Assembly (NCBI RefSeq): GCF_004010195.1
Contig: NC_057719.1
Span: 39,422,252-39,486,251 of the forward strand
Direction: 5' to 3'
Source of the DNA: Chiloscyllium plagiosum
Lineage: Eukaryota
DNA: 64,000 nt
Shown: one piece after another, positions 13,161 through 27,249 of the stretch
How positions within the stretch are numbered: the stretch's first letter is position 1
How the letters are laid out: every line of letters begins with the position of its first letter
Translations under genes and position numbers: made by a program
Notes under the pieces: model-generated
Seen by the model: only the letters and a program-made list of their open reading frames with translations
Told to the model about the DNA's origin: nothing
The model's database searches: none

Positions 13161-14141
13161 TGAGTATTGGACTGCATGATTAATGATATATATTTAACAC
13201 TTCTGAAGACTACACCAGATTCCATAAGAGAGAGGCAAAATACTCAGTTTCTCTTTGCACAGATTTTGCGAGCCCTGTTGAGTTCTCCAGCATTCTCTGT
13301 TTGTTGCAAATTCAGTACTCTGCCAGTGTAAAGAAGGCTTCTGTTTCTCTCATGAGAAAAGCCTGATATAAAGCCTGCGATTATAGGATGAAGTAATGTT
13401 TGAAAATCTAATAGGATAGAAAGTAGTAGACTTATTTTTGTAGTTAATGGGTTCAGAGGCATAGATTTTGATTTAGAAAAGCAGACTGGAGAGCTCCTCA
13501 ATTGTGAGACTTTATTTTGATGATTACTACTTTGTTCTGCATTGTGGTAACCAAAACTGTGTCATATTAGAGAGTTTAACCAGCATATTGTAAAAACTTT
13601 GAAATGACTTCAATAAAAATTTCTTTCATTTTTGGTATTTAGTTCCCACCAGCTTTTCTGGTTATTTGTCACTGATTATTTGATCCATATTCAATGCTTT
13701 AAATGTAACTGTTCACTTTACTGGTTTTATTATTTTGTCCAAGTATATAAGTGATTGCATTCCTTTTCAAATTTTTAACTGCAAAGTTGTTTTTTCTGAT
13801 GCTTAACACAATTTTTTCCAGTCTCAAAATATGCTGTTCGTACAGTTTTTTTTAAAATTGATCACCTCATCACTGTGACCATTCAGACATACCTGTGCAT
13901 CATGAAACAATGAATCAAACTATCTTGGAACTTATGTTCAAGTTTTATCTTGGTTAAAATTTGTTTATTAAGAACCTGATTATTACCAAAATCTGTCATG
14001 TATTTGCAATCAATTTCAAAACCGAAATTGAGACAAGTTATTAATAACTTATTATCATATTCTTTGGTTCTTGTTACGTAATTCAAAAATGTTTTGATTT
14101 TAAAAATCAAATTTTTAATTCATTATCATTTTTATTACTAG

Positions 14142-14195
14142 GTTGCAATAAAAATTATAGACAAAACACAGCTGAATCCCACCAGTCTGCAAAAG
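14142..14195 (+). CDS. MARK3: MARK3 coding exon 3 (VAIKIIDKTQLNPTSLQK)
   Basis: TAG acceptor ending 14141, 54 nt in frame with exon 2, contains the VAIK catalytic lysine, GTAAAG donor at 14196. Confidence 0.96.
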
Positions 14196-14749
14196 GTAAA
14201 GACTTTGTGTATTATTTTTGGATATGCATATTTTCTTTGAATTACTTTTTTTTAAGCTGTATTTGTAATTCATTAATTTAATGTGACTTCAGGAATCTGT
14301 GAATGTAGCTGAAGCTGTGAACACAAGCCTTCTTTAATATTGGTAGGCCAGTTTGCATTGTTGTTTAAAAAAAGGCCGAATACATCAGAGACAGCCATCT
14401 AATTATATCATACAAGGTTTAAAAGCAGGTGTGTTTTGCAGGAAAGGAAGATATTTGAAAGGTGTAATGTGTAAAGTATTTGTGGTTGGTTATTTTGTCT
14501 ATGACAGGTAATGAGGTGTTAGTTTTTTTATGTTCAAATGGCATGTAAGTATTGCCAGCAACACAAGTTATTGTTGCCAGCATGTAATTGCCCTTTTAAG
14601 ATGTTGGTGACTCCTCATCTTGAATCAGTGCAACTCAATTGATGGAAGTATGCTTGGTGCTGTTAGGAAGGTAGTTTCAGAATTTTTAACCAGTAACCGT
14701 CATGAAGTGGCAATGTAGTTCCAAGTCAGGGTATTGTGTGTGTGTGTCT

Positions 14750-15631
14750 TTAAGCAACATATGGATTAGCAGATCAAATTAGGAAAGGTAGCCTGGAAAA
14801 TCAGATCAGTATATGTTTGTGCTCAAATCACTTATTTTAGAGTTTGGATTTTGAACTAGTGGCATGTGGATTTTTCTCTGTCAGAGTGTTTAATGATTAA
14901 CTTGCCTATATTTTTGGAGCCTTTTTTTACATCCATATAGAGTATTCCTGGGGTTGATCATGTGTATTTTTTGCATTGAGTTTTATGATTGGATAGAGTA
15001 AACATTTCAGTTAGAATTGTTTTATTTATTGGGAGGTTAGGGTGGAGCATAGCTTTGAAATCTTTGGTTTCACTTTGCAGAAGTCCTGGTTGGATTTAGA
15101 TGTAAAGACAGTCTCCTCCTGTAGAAAGCAGATAATTCGGAACAAGTCAGGAAATGGGTTACCTCAATGCAAGGATTTTAGTTTGAAAACTCCAGACGAG
15201 AAGTGTTTGGTTCAAACTCTGAAGGGGTTACTAAAAGCTGGGAAAGCCTAACTTATGTGTGAATAATCAAGGAAAAGGCTATCTAACTCTCAAGATTGGA
15301 AATTTGAAGTGAGTAGTAAGCCAAGCCTAAAAGTGTGATTGAGAAGAAAATTCTTTCTGGCGTTTTGAGGTAACGGTGTTGGCGTAGATGGGATTGTATT
15401 TTGCCTTGTCTGAATCTTTCAAACTGAGTAGTGTAAATAACTTGCTTTATTTTAGGTTACTTGAATTTTTTTATGTAATGAACTTCTGTTGTTAAAACTC
15501 AGATCTGCAACATTGCATGCTTGTATTTCTGTGAAAGGCTGTTTGGTTACGTTTTTTAAAGTGATGTATCAAGCCAGATTTCAGTCTAGGATCTGACTTG
15601 TTCAATATAATATCCAGTTGGGATCATAACA
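14750..15631 (+). mobile_element. Possible decayed LTR fragment
   Basis: Ends gggatcataaCA like the LTR end at 45700; no matching 5' TG end or TSD found. Confidence 0.3.
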
Positions 15632-15649
15632 AAAGCAAAATGGATAGAG

Positions 15650-16960
15650 GAAAACCTGTATGATGAGGTCTACTTGGGTTTTCAAAATTTATTTGCTGAG
15701 TACCAGATCAAAAATTTCTATTACCAGAAAAGAGGACAGTGGTAAAAGCAATAGCATATTAGCGTGGATGAAAGATTGGTTAATTAACAGTATGGAATAA
15801 ATTGGCCTTTTTCAGAGAGCCGGGTTGTATCTGTTGGAATGCTGCAGGGATCTTTGTTAGGTCCTCATCTATTTAGAACCTGTATCAATGACTTGGATGA
15901 AGTGACTGAGTATATGAGAGTAAATTTGCTGATGATACCGCGATAGGTGGGAAAGTAAGTTGTCTAGACCAAGTAGAAATTCCAAAAGGGACATGTATAA
16001 GCTAAGTGAGTCGGCAAAAATTTGGCCAACACACAAAAGCAAGATAAAGATGCAATAGTCCTACTGGACCACACTGCTGTGCTATTTGAGAGAGGACTAG
16101 TGATGGTTTAACCTGAAGGTCACCATACCTCGGAAGAGGTTGAGAAGGAGCATCCCTTGCGGTAACTTCAGCTGGTATGGGAATTGATCATACACTGTCT
16201 GTCTTACTCTGTATCTCAAACCAGCCATCCAGCCTACTGAACAAAGCATGGCCCATATGCTGCAATTTTGGAATTTGTGAACATGTCAACTTTGACAGGA
16301 AAAATTAGAAAAACAGTATGCCATCTAAATGGAGAGGGACTAAAGCTCTGCAGACTCTGGGAGTGATGTTACATGAATCACAAACATTGTAGTTCCAGAT
16401 AGTGATTAGGAAAGTAAGTGGAATGTTGATATCTTTTGCAAGAGAAATGAAATCTAAAAATAGAAATGTTTCACTATTACTATGCAGGGCCTTAGGGAGT
16501 CCACATCTGTGTAGTTTTGGCCTATTTATTGGAAGAAGATATAATTGCATTGAAGGGCAGGGCTTGTGAAGGAAGGTGGGGTTGTTGGGTCTACACCAGC
16601 TGGAATCTAGAAGAATAAAAAGTGATTTTACTGAAATAACATCTTAAGTGGGTATCAGGAGGATGTTTCCTCCTTGTGGGTAGGGTGGAGAGACTAGAAC
16701 TGGAGGGGGAAACATTTGAGAATTAACAAAAAAACCTCTTTATTAAGAATAATATGGAGTTTTATTCTGAGGGTCATTTATTTGTGGAGCTCTCTTCCCC
16801 AGAAAGCATTGGATGCTGCATGAGTGAATTATTCAAGATTGAGTTAATTTTTATATAGGAGAAATTGGGGTTTATGGGGTGCAGTCAGCAAATTTTGGGT
16901 TGCGTCCACAGATCACATTGAGCTTGCTCTACCATTCAGAGAGCCAGACGATCTGTTCCT
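15650..16960 (+). mobile_element. Old CR1 RT/3' fragment interrupted at about 16030-16245 by a SINE-like insert
   Basis: aaatttgctgatgatac (KFADDT) near 15920; decayed QGSLLGP motif. Confidence 0.7.
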
Positions 16961-17069
16961 GCTGCAAAAAAAACAAATTTCTGGAAAAGCTCAGCAGGTC
17001 TGGCAATACCTGTGGAGAGAAGTCAGAGTTACTGTTTCGGATTGAGTGACCCTTTCCTGAGAATGGGTG

Positions 17070-18860
17070 CTGACATGTATGTTCCAATGATTGGAAAGCC
17101 ACTTGCAGACGGTAGGTATTCTTGTGTATCTACTGTCCTTGCCTTTCTGTATAGTAGAGATTAGTTTGTAAGGTGCTGTTAGAGGGGAATTAGTTAATGC
17201 AATACATTTTGTGGATGCTACACACTGCAACTGCCATATATCGGCATTGGAGGGAGCAAATGTTTGAATTGAAGGGTGCAGTACTGATGAAGTGGACTGC
17301 TTTGTCCTGAATGGTGTCAAGCTTCAAATTATTTCAAAGTTGCAATCACCTAGTGAAGTGGAGAGTATTCAGTCACACCTTTCGTGCCTTGTAGTTGATG
17401 GATAGGATTTGTGGAGTGAGGTAGTGAGTTACTACTGTAGATTTCAGTCTCTGACTTGCTTTTGTAGTCACTTTTTATTTGAAAAGCTTGTCCAGTCCAG
17501 CTAAGTTTGTTGTCAGTCTATGCCTCTGCCACCACCACCACCAGAAAGAAATGTTGATTGTTGGAACTTTAGATTCTTTTGTTGGAAATAGTTGCTGCCC
17601 AGTACTTGTGGCATTAATATTTTTCTTTTGCTTAAGCCATAACAGTGCCCCAATTTTGCTGCACACTGTCACAAATGGTTTCGGTATTTAAGGAGTTGTG
17701 ATTGGCATAAAATAGTGCAATTATCAGCTACTGTTCCACACACTTTATGATAGAGGAAGGTTATTGAAGGATCTAAAACTGGTTGGGCCTTAGATGTTAC
17801 TCTAAGGACCTAGGACACTTGTGACATAATAGCATTGTTCCTGCCTGTGACTTGGGAGATCTGAGTCCCAGTTCCCCGTTCCAAAACTATCATTACTTAT
17901 TTGAAGTATTTGATTGGAAAAGGTAGGATTGAGCCCTTTCTAGTGAAGCGGTAGAGGCCTGGATTTATTTCTGATCCAGAGGCATGTAATTACATTTATG
18001 AACAGATTGACTTAGAAAATATCTGAAGATCTAGAGCCCAGGTGGTATGGTGGTAGCTGAGACGATTGGTCTTTCAACAACCATAAACATTTTCGGTTGC
18101 ACTGCATAATACTCTGGTATCTGAAAATCAAGAGGAAATCTGACCATTGACCAATTTTTGTTAAGATGCTTTAAAGGTACTCTCACTTTCACCTTTCTTG
18201 AAATCAGCTGTATAATCCAGATTTGGATGAAGGCTATAATGAAATTGGTTCAGAGTGAACCTTAGTGAAACTCAAACTGAACGTTGGTGAGCAGGTTTTG
18301 CTGAGTGAGTGCTGCTTGATAGTACTGTCCTTTCATGGGTTTCCTGATGAATTGTCATGATATTGGCTGATTGTCCTGCCGAAAAAGCAGACAACTCAAT
18401 ACCTGAGAAATATTTCACATTGCTGGATAGCAGTGTTGTAGCTACAGTAGAACAATCTAGCTTTTAGTACTGCAACTGAGACACTGTCATGGTCCTTTGC
18501 TGTATCTATTGCGCTAACCATTTCTGGATGTCCCAGAGAAAATTGGGTTGGCTTAAGAGTGACATTTGTGATGCTTGGGATCTAAAAAGGAGGCCAAGAT
18601 GCATCATCGAGTCAGTAGTTCTGGCTGAAGATGGACGTGGATGCTTCAGCCTTGACTCTTTTTATGTTGACATGCTGGGCTTCCCTACCAATGTGCAGCT
18701 TTCTCCAATTAGTTGTTTTAGTTGTTCAATGCCATTCGTGACTGGATACAACAGCCTTGTTGAGCTTCAATCTGACCTGTTGACTGAGGGATTGTTTGAC
18801 TTTGTTGCATACTGCTGTCCATTTTTGGCATGTGTGTAGTCATGTCTTATTGCAGTACCT
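17070..18860 (-). mobile_element. Ancient LINE (CR1/L2-related family), heavily decayed
   Basis: Shares ctgctttgtcctg(a/g)atggtgtcaagcttc with about 35810-35840; related 3' ends at about 14530-14730 and 24400-24730. Confidence 0.55.
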
Positions 18861-20639
18861 AATTGGAAGGTCATATGCAACTCTTGAACTAGGTTACTGT
18901 GCACAGTATTGATTACCTTATTGAAGAAAGGATGTAAATTCTGCAGAAGCACCTCAGAGAAAGATTGCCAAACTAATAGCTGGAATATGTGGATTGCCAT
19001 CTGAGGAAAAGTTGGGCAAGCTAAGTTTATATCTGGTGACTTGATTGAAACATATAACATCCCGAGGGAGATTCACAGATGTGATAACGATACTTGTTCT
19101 TCTGGGTGGATTGAGAGCTGGGATTTGCTGTTTTAAGAATGCGAGCTCTGCTCTTAAATTAGAGATGAGGCATTTTTATTCTGACTGCAAGTCTTTGGAG
19201 CTCCTTCCTGAAAAATTGGTTGCAGCAGAGCCTTGACTGTTAAGGTAGAGGTGAATCTGTTCTTAAGTGAGGGAATGCAAGGTTTCTGGGGTAGGTTATC
19301 ATATCAAATCATGTTCCATCAGGTCAGCTATGACATTATTCAATGATACAGCAGGAACAGGAAGTGCTTGACCTCTTCCTTGTTGGTATGTTCTTGCTGT
19401 GGCTAAGAATTTGTGAACTCAGCAATAATTATTGTGTGATTATTAAGCACATTAAGTTAGAACTTTTAGGCTTGCACAAAGAATTGCAAGGACTTGAAAA
19501 CAATACTAGCTTAACTTATTGTATTTTGATCTAGTACAGAAGGAGACATTCTGCTTTTTGAGAGAACTGTATAATTCCACATGTGTTTTGTTCTGTCACC
19601 GTATACTATTTACCCCTTTTTTCCTTTTCAAAGTTGCACTTGAATATCAATGTAGCACCCTTTTTGGTCATTGTTTTTCAGATAACCATTTTTTTGCATA
19701 AAAAGTTCAATTTCCTCTGGTTCCTTTGTAAGTTATCTAAAATTGTTGTATCTTGATTATTGACATGTGACGTAGTAAAGTGATGATTCTATCAAAACTC
19801 TTCATGAATTTGGATCCATCAAATTATTCTCAATGTCTGTGTCTGAAATCTTCATCCATGGTATCATTACAGTCACTACTTTTCCCCCCTGTACTTCCTA
19901 ATATCTTGAAATGTTAATGGAGTGCTCAGAAATAAGCATTATATCAGCTGAGGTCTAACCAGTTTTTTTAAGTAAGTTTTTGCAAAACTACTTTGCCTTG
20001 GCATTCTCTTATTTCTATTAATAAAGTCATCATGTGTGCATTTTTTCAACAGCTGTCTTAATTGGCCTGTCAGGTCTCTGTCCTGCATATCCTCGAAAAT
20101 TGTAGCTATTAATTTATATTTAATTCTGTCATTCTTCCGACCAAAATATATCTCTTCACATTTGTGACTAACGAAATTTAACACATCTGCCTGAAATCCT
20201 CAAAGTCTGCAACGTTGTTTAATACATTTTAAAATGTTGTCATCTCCACACTTTGAAATTATATCCTGTACACACATCCATGTTATCAAAATATATTGAA
20301 AAGAGTAACATGACACTCGCATGCTGAGTTTCTGACAGGAAGAATTGATCCTTTCCATTTTCAAGCTTTAAATAACACTCCTGTTTTTAAAAATAAATGT
20401 TATCTACGCATATTGACTGTTTATTGAACCTGTGTTAGTTCAATAAAGGGTCAATAAAGCCATAATTGGGAAGATTACATATGACTGTAAATTGCTGTGT
20501 ATTGTTTCTAATTTCTTTGGTTAAACATAAATTTCATTGAAAACCTTGCACTGATAGGTGAAATGGCACAATGGAGATGAATGAGGTGATTAAGTGTGGC
20601 AAAGTGCTGAGGGCAATTATTTGTAATTTTAAAGCTGAA

Positions 20640-21020
20640 GTGAATTAAAAATAAATTGATATTGATTCTAGAGATGAAGCTAATGACTTGTATATACCAT
20701 TTTCAGAGTTTTTTTAACATAATCTAACTGCAGTAGGCATGCCATCACACAGACTGAGACTGAAAGAAGGACAATTATAATGTTGATAAGAAATTTTGAT
20801 CTGAAGCAAAGATTTTGTCAGAGAACAAGTTTGTTTGTTAGGAAGCTGTTGTCTTTGAATACTGAAACTATAGCTGGCAGATTTCAAGGAATCTCAATTC
20901 TCAAATAATATTGAGCTCATTGAGCAGAAACCTGCATTTTTACCTTGGAAGCTCAAAAGTAGATCTTCAGTGAGTATACAGAAGTGGTAAGGAATTTCTA
21001 TAATTTAAGTATTTGTATTC
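20640..21020 (+). mobile_element. Helitron Rep/helicase (PIF1-like) fossil
   Basis: Manual translation across one frameshift gives NLTAVGMPSHRLRLKEG/TIIMLIRNFDLKQRFCQRTSLFVRKL..TETIAGRFQG, matching the Helitron motif GMPPHxLxLKxGxxIMLxRNLxxxxGLCNGTRL. Confidence 0.75.
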
Positions 21021-21023
21021 TTA

Positions 21024-21220
21024 GGAGAAAGTAAGGACTGCAGATGCTGGAGATCAGAGTTGAAAGTGTGGTGCTGGAAAAGCACAGCCGGTCAGGCAGC
21101 ATCTGAGAAACAGGAGAATGGATGTTTCAGGTCCTGATGAAGGGCTTATGCCCGAAACGTCAATTCCCCTGCTCCTCGGATGCTGCCTGACCTGCTGTGC
21201 TTTTCCAGCACCACAATGTC
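21024..21220 (+). mobile_element. Fold-back Penelope-terminal-repeat-derived element with HHR core
   Basis: Inverted arms (gtggtgctggaaaagcacagc..aggcagcatc / gatgctgcct..gctgtgcttttccagcaccac) around CTGATGA-A-GGGC-TTAT-GCCC-GAAAC-GTC at 21134-21161. Confidence 0.85.
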
Positions 21221-22794
21221 AATGAACTATATTCCTAAACCTGTTTATAATTAGACAGCATTCTGTATGTATTTTTCTTGAATACATTTCATTCTATTGA
21301 CATCGTTGGTTGAAAAAAATCTTTAAATCCTGTATTTAACATAGTACTGTTTGACTGCAATTATTTTGCATGTCGCTGCCAATAAGTACAGAAATACAAA
21401 GATGGTCATTACGAATAGAATATAGAATATCCTTTTATTGTCACATTTTATCCATTGTAGATATACAGTGAAAAGCTTTTACAATATCTGCTTCTTATGA
21501 TGCCATGTTAGGTACAAGTACCTAGGTACAAATTTTAAATGGATTTAACTGTGTGGGGGTATCAGCAGTTGCTATGTGCTTTTTTTATTCCATACCACGA
21601 ATGCTGACAATTATGACAACAAACCTTTGGTTCCTGTGGTCAGTGTTCTGAACAATCAAATTGCTCATATTTGTTTTCAAAAAAATCTTCATCTGATTGA
21701 AAGGTTTGAGTAAGGATTCTAACTCCCACATTAAACCTACCTATAACTTGGTCATTTATGCCTTGTAGTTTTGTTTACACTTTTGCTTGTGCATATAAGC
21801 CCAAGCCCATCATAAACCTGTCAATGCTATTTATACCTTTCCTAGAGTTGTCACTCAGCACAAAACCTGTACCAACTACACTTGGTGCCTCTAGTTCTCT
21901 TAATGCCAAAGTGAGAATTAATCCTGGTTTCTAAGCACAATCTAGTTAAACTTGGAAACTTATGTTTCTCCATGTGTAGTAGAATTTGAGCTTTTTAATC
22001 CAGTGATTCAAAACAGCTCGAAAATTAATTTATTTGAAATATTTTCAAAGTAGTATTTTCAAGTGGGTGGGGTAGAGAGAAGGAGGGAGAGAGAGAGGAA
22101 AGAAGAGGATTGAACAATAGGTGGAGATGAAACCAGAGGAAGGGAGAAACAATTGGACAGACAAAGCAATAGGTAAAGATCAGATTGGGAGAATCATTAG
22201 CTGCAAATGGGGATCATTTGTAGCTGACAATGAGTTGGTTGTGGTAGCAGCCCTTGTGGTGATAAGATCTGGTGTGTGGGGTTTGAAGTAAGGGCATGGG
22301 AGAAGATGCTCAGGCCCTAAAATTATTGAACTGAATACTTTGAGACAACCTTTTAAACAGGCTAAGTAGAGGAACATTGGTACCGCTGCTGGATTTAGGT
22401 AAATGCATTTAATTAAGTGTTGTCCCTTTTGAGATTATTTCATTGACAAGACAATGCAAAAGTTCTGAAGTTAAATTGCAGTCTCTAGTTACATGGCTTA
22501 ATCTTTATTTATGATTCAGCTTTTGAGACAACTACATAGGTTTGAGAAATAGGCTCTGAATTAGGCTTTCAATGGATCAAAATACATTTTGACCTTAGCT
22601 TTCTCAACATCTAACCCATGCCCTCATATCATGCAATTAATTTTTGAGAATATTATTCTAAATTTAATTATTCAAGCACTTTTGCATATTTCTTTGCATC
22701 CGCCAGGATCACGTTTCTTCTTGCAAGGTGAAACCACAGGTTTAATCCTCAGGCACTGGGTCAACCTAGTCAGTGTTTTTGCAGCATTGTGATT

Positions 22795-23267
22795 GTAGGT
22801 TTGCTCACTGAGCTGGAAGGATCGTTTCCAGATTTTCTTTACCCTACCTAGGTAACATCTTCAGTGGGCTTCAGGCGATGCAATGCTGAAAATTCCTGCA
22901 TTCTATTTATATGTTTGGGTTGATGATGTCATTTCCAGTGGTGATGTTATTTCCTGTGGTGAAGTCACTTTCTGTTCCTTTTTTCAGGGGGTGGTAGATG
23001 GGGTCTACCTCGATGTATTTGTTGATAGAGTTCCGGTTGGAGTGCCATGCTTCTAGGAATTCTCGTGCGTGTCTTTGTTTGGCTTGTCCTAGGATGGAAG
23101 TGTTGTCCCAGTCAAAGTGGTGTCCTTCCTTATCTGTATGTAAGAATACTAGTGAGAGACGGTCATGTCTTTTTGTGGCGAGTTGGTGTTCATGTATACT
23201 GGTGGTTAGTTTTCTGCCTGTTTGTCCAGTGTAGTATTTGTTACAGTCCTTGCACGGTATATTGTAA
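22795..23267 (-). mobile_element. Penelope-like element 3' fragment (GIY-YIG endonuclease)
   Basis: Minus ORF IYNIPCKDCNKYYTGQTGRKLTTSIHEHQ..REFLEAWH; terminal repeat related to 29357. Confidence 0.9.
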
Positions 23268-23351
23268 ATGATGCTGCCTGACCGGCTATACTTTTCCAGC
23301 ACCACATTTTTCGACTCTCCTCGCCAGCATCTGCAGTCCTCAATTTCTCCT
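23268..23351 (+). mobile_element. Arm of the short HHR-element family (no core)
   Basis: gatgctgcctgacc..ttccagcaccac..ccagcatctgcagtcctca matches the 21024 and 54946 family. Confidence 0.75.
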
Positions 23352-25094
23352 CAACCACTAGAAAGGAAAGGTTCAACGCTTGAGGCTGCATTTGAATTAC
23401 AGTGTCAAAGATTGGTGTACCAACCAAATTCAGCAACCTTTCCTGCAAATTAAGTTAAATATTTTTGATTTGTTTCTCATCTCTTGGAGAGTTATGAAAT
23501 TTTTCAGCATAGTTCATTTTGCCACTGACAGGGACTAACCCACAGCCACGTGCTGCCGGGCTCTGTTGATACACACGCCCTTGTTCATAAACAGCTCATT
23601 TCCTCATTTGATGCTGAAAAATCATCTTTTAAGAGTAGGCTCATCAGCCATGCAGCTTTTAAGGTATTTTCATGTTCCCATTGGCCTGCTTTTTTTAGAT
23701 TGCATAAGGAGGATAAATCTCCGCAATGTATGTCATGAAATAAATAGAGTCATCGAGATGTACAGCATGGAAACAGACCCTTCGGTCCAACCTGTAACGA
23801 AAGCTAACAGATCTTTAAGATGTATGCAAGTTGTCTTACAAAATGACTCCCAGAAGCCACATGACTACCCATGTGCATTCAACTAGTATTAGAACCGTAG
23901 TCTGTTTTGCAAAAAGAAATGCAAAGGTGTATTTTAAATTCATTAGATATTTTCCAGGGTAAACAATTTGGTGGCTTCTCTATTTGAATTCAAATTTCGT
24001 CCCTCTGCTGTGTTCCACCCAGAATGTTACTCAGGTTTCTGGGTTAACAGTGACAATGGTTTCCCTTCCTGCTCCCTTGCTCTTTCCCCAAATATGCCAC
24101 TGGATCTATCCTCGTCCCCTCCAATTTTTCATTGCCTTGCTGTCCTCTGTGACCTCATCGGAAAGAGCAACATCAGTTTTCAGTGTACGTTGCTGACACC
24201 TGTTTTAGACATTGCAACTCACTCCACTGTATAAGTTGCTGCTACCATTCTTTATAAAGTGTAGAAAATTGCAGGATCTGTATGGTCCAACACGGCAGAA
24301 GCAAGCCACTTCTGGTTTAACTGGAAATGTCTCTTGCAGTTAACATAATATAATTTATTGCAACAATTTCCAGGTTACGTCATTATGAGGATCTTCCCTT
24401 TTACTCGTCATGGAAAGTGGGCATTGCTGGCTGGGCCTGTATTTATTACCTATACCTAGTTGTTCTTGAGAAGGTGGTGGTGGGCTGCCTTCTTGAATCA
24501 CTGCAGTCCAGCTGCTGTAGATTGACCCTTGGGGAGCAAATTCCAGTATTTTGACCTAGCAACACTGAAGGATCAATGATATATATTTCCAAGTATGGAT
24601 GGTAAGGGACTTGGAGCTGGTGATGTATGTGCTGCCCTTGTCCTTCTAGATGGATGTGGTCATGGGTTTGGAAGACTTGATTTGTGGCAATGCATCGTGT
24701 AGACGATACACACTGCTGCTACTCAGCCTCAATAAATCAGAGAATTAATTACAATTTCAACATTTAAAAGGCATCCAGATGGGTACTTGAGTAGGCAGGC
24801 TTGAGAGGATTAGGGGGCAATTGCTGGCAAATGGGATGAGGTTAATTTAGGATATCTGGTTTGCATGGATGAGTTGGGCTGAAGGGTCTGTTTCTGTGTT
24901 TTACAACTCTGACTGTGGAGGTGTTACCGACTCTTCCAATTTCACTTTTTAAAATAAAGTTATAATAAGCCATCGAGGCTAATAGTTGACCATTTAAAAA
25001 GTTAATTGCCTCCATGAAAAGACAGTGGATGGGTCTGTGTTCTAAACCTAAATTAACTGAATACATATGATAGACACAAACACAATGCTGTAGA

Positions 25095-25335
25095 AATAAA
25101 CACAATGCTGTAAAAACTCTGGTCTGACAGCATCTGTGGAGAGGAAAAAACAGTTACCATTTCAAGTCCAGTACGAATCTTCAAAATTTGTTCTGAAATA
25201 ATTATCGTTCTGTTCTGAAGAGGTGTTGTACTGGACTGGAAACATTTAACTCTTGTTTCTCCTTCCACAGTTGCTGCCAGAATGCTGAATTTCTCCAGCA
25301 TTCATATTTATTTCAGATTTTCAGCATCAGTATTT
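25095..25335. mobile_element. Old fold-back element with decayed HHR-like core
   Basis: Imperfect inverted arms (cagcatctgtggaga / ttccacagttgctg; ttcaagtccagtac / gtactggactggaa) with ctgaaga..gaaacatt. Confidence 0.55.
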
Positions 25336-26084
25336 TGTTTTCACCTACGATGGAAACTTGATTTGATAGTTTGGGACACAGCCATTTTTATACATTGAAG
25401 TCTATGAAAGTTTAGTTGTGAACAACCATTGTGTGCAGGTATCTCTGGTGAATTATTTGAACACCAACAATAGGAAAACTGAGCAGTAACCAGACTACCA
25501 ACAGCCACACCTATAAGTGAGGGAAGATTTTGTTCACTGCCAAAAGTTGTTCAGCTCAGTCCACCTGTGGGACCCACCTTTATTTATTCAGTTGCAGAAG
25601 TCATCACAGTTGCTGATTCTGACTTAAGTTTTTGATCCCTTCACTTTGGAGGCCTGGTCAACATAAAGATTCTTTTACTAATGATGGGAGAATCTGGTCT
25701 TGATTTCAACATCATGCACAACACTTATACTTCCTCCTCGTAGTTATTACATTTCTATACTCCTATCACTACTTTCAACCATAGTTCCGTAATAAACTGA
25801 TCTTTTTATCCTGTTTGAAGAATAAAAATGTGCTCCTGTTTTTTTTTGAAAAATAGAAATATTCTAGCCCCTTTTAGTCTATGTATGACCTCATCAAAAT
25901 TCTGGGGACATCAGTCTGTTAAAATCTATCTTGTACCAAATAAAGTTGGAACAAAATGATTTGCCCAGTATGGAGATTAGTAAACATTTCTTACGGTTTT
26001 TTAATGATAATATTTGGTGTTACAGATAATGGGAAAGCACTTTTCCTTCAGTAAGTTTTCTCCTTGTTGATTAAACACTTGAAT

Positions 26085-26400
26085 AATCATAGCGATGTAC
26101 AGCACGGAAACAGACCCTTCAGTCCAACTTGTCCGTGCCAACCAGATATCCTAAATTAATTTAGTCCGAGAAGCCAGTGCTTGGCCCATATCCCTCTAAA
26201 CCCTTCCTATTCATATACCCAGCTCTTCCACTTCTTTTGGCAGGTCATTCCATACACATACCACCCTCTGCATGAAAATGATGCCCCTTGCGTCCCTTTT
26301 AAATTTTCCCCCTCTCCTCCTAAACCTATGCCCTCGAGTTCAGAACTCCCCAACACCAGGAAAAATACCTTGTCTATTTACCCTATCCATAAACCTCACA
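26085..26400 (-). mobile_element. CR1 3' fragment
   Basis: Reverse complement of the 4130-4450 tail. Confidence 0.85.
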
Positions 26401-27249
26401 ATCAAGTTAAACTTGTGCAATTAGTGAAGCTTGTGATATTTGTCACAACTTCACATATTATGGCATCTTCAGAGCCCTCCCTTCCAATGACGATTACCGC
26501 CATTTCACTGCCTGTTAGCCTATCTGTTCTAAATTTTTATTCCAATTTTCTTGAATGATATGGAAATGCTAAATCAAAAGCCAAAGGTTAGGCTTTAGCT
26601 ACCTTGTGTTTATGCCAACCCAACACTGAAGACCCCCAAAAAATTAATGTAAGCAAGCATACAATGAACTGATTAGATGTCAGTTGCATCTCTTGGTAGT
26701 TTTGACTTGGGACCCACAAATTTCAGAATGTGTTGAGCTGAGTTGTGTATGTAGATTGCATCCTAACAAATTTTTTTTTACAAACAAACTTACTATCTTG
26801 TTATTTATTGTAGTTTGGATTTGTCAGCAATTAAAATTTGCTAATATTTTAATTAGTCATACCTGACTTATGACTTGGCATCATCTCCTGCAAAGCAGCC
26901 TGCTTGATCAACACCTCATTCACAACCTTAAATATTTACTCTGTCCACCACTGACACACTGGCATCACTGTACACTATGTAGAGAATGTAGTGCAGTAGC
27001 TCCAACACTACTTAAATCTGCAGTCTCTTCCCCTACCCCCAAAACAGGGGCAAGGAGAGGCAGACATGTAGGAACAACATTATGTGCAAGAGAATTGTTT
27101 AAAAACCTGTGCAGTATCAAAATAGTGAAAGTTGCAATAGTAACATTAATAGCAGTAGGTGTCTTTCATTTGAACCTGACTGCTAGTCAGTAAATTGTGG
27201 TTCATATGCTCATTCAATTCCATTCCAGTTACTGCCCTGATCCTGCCTG

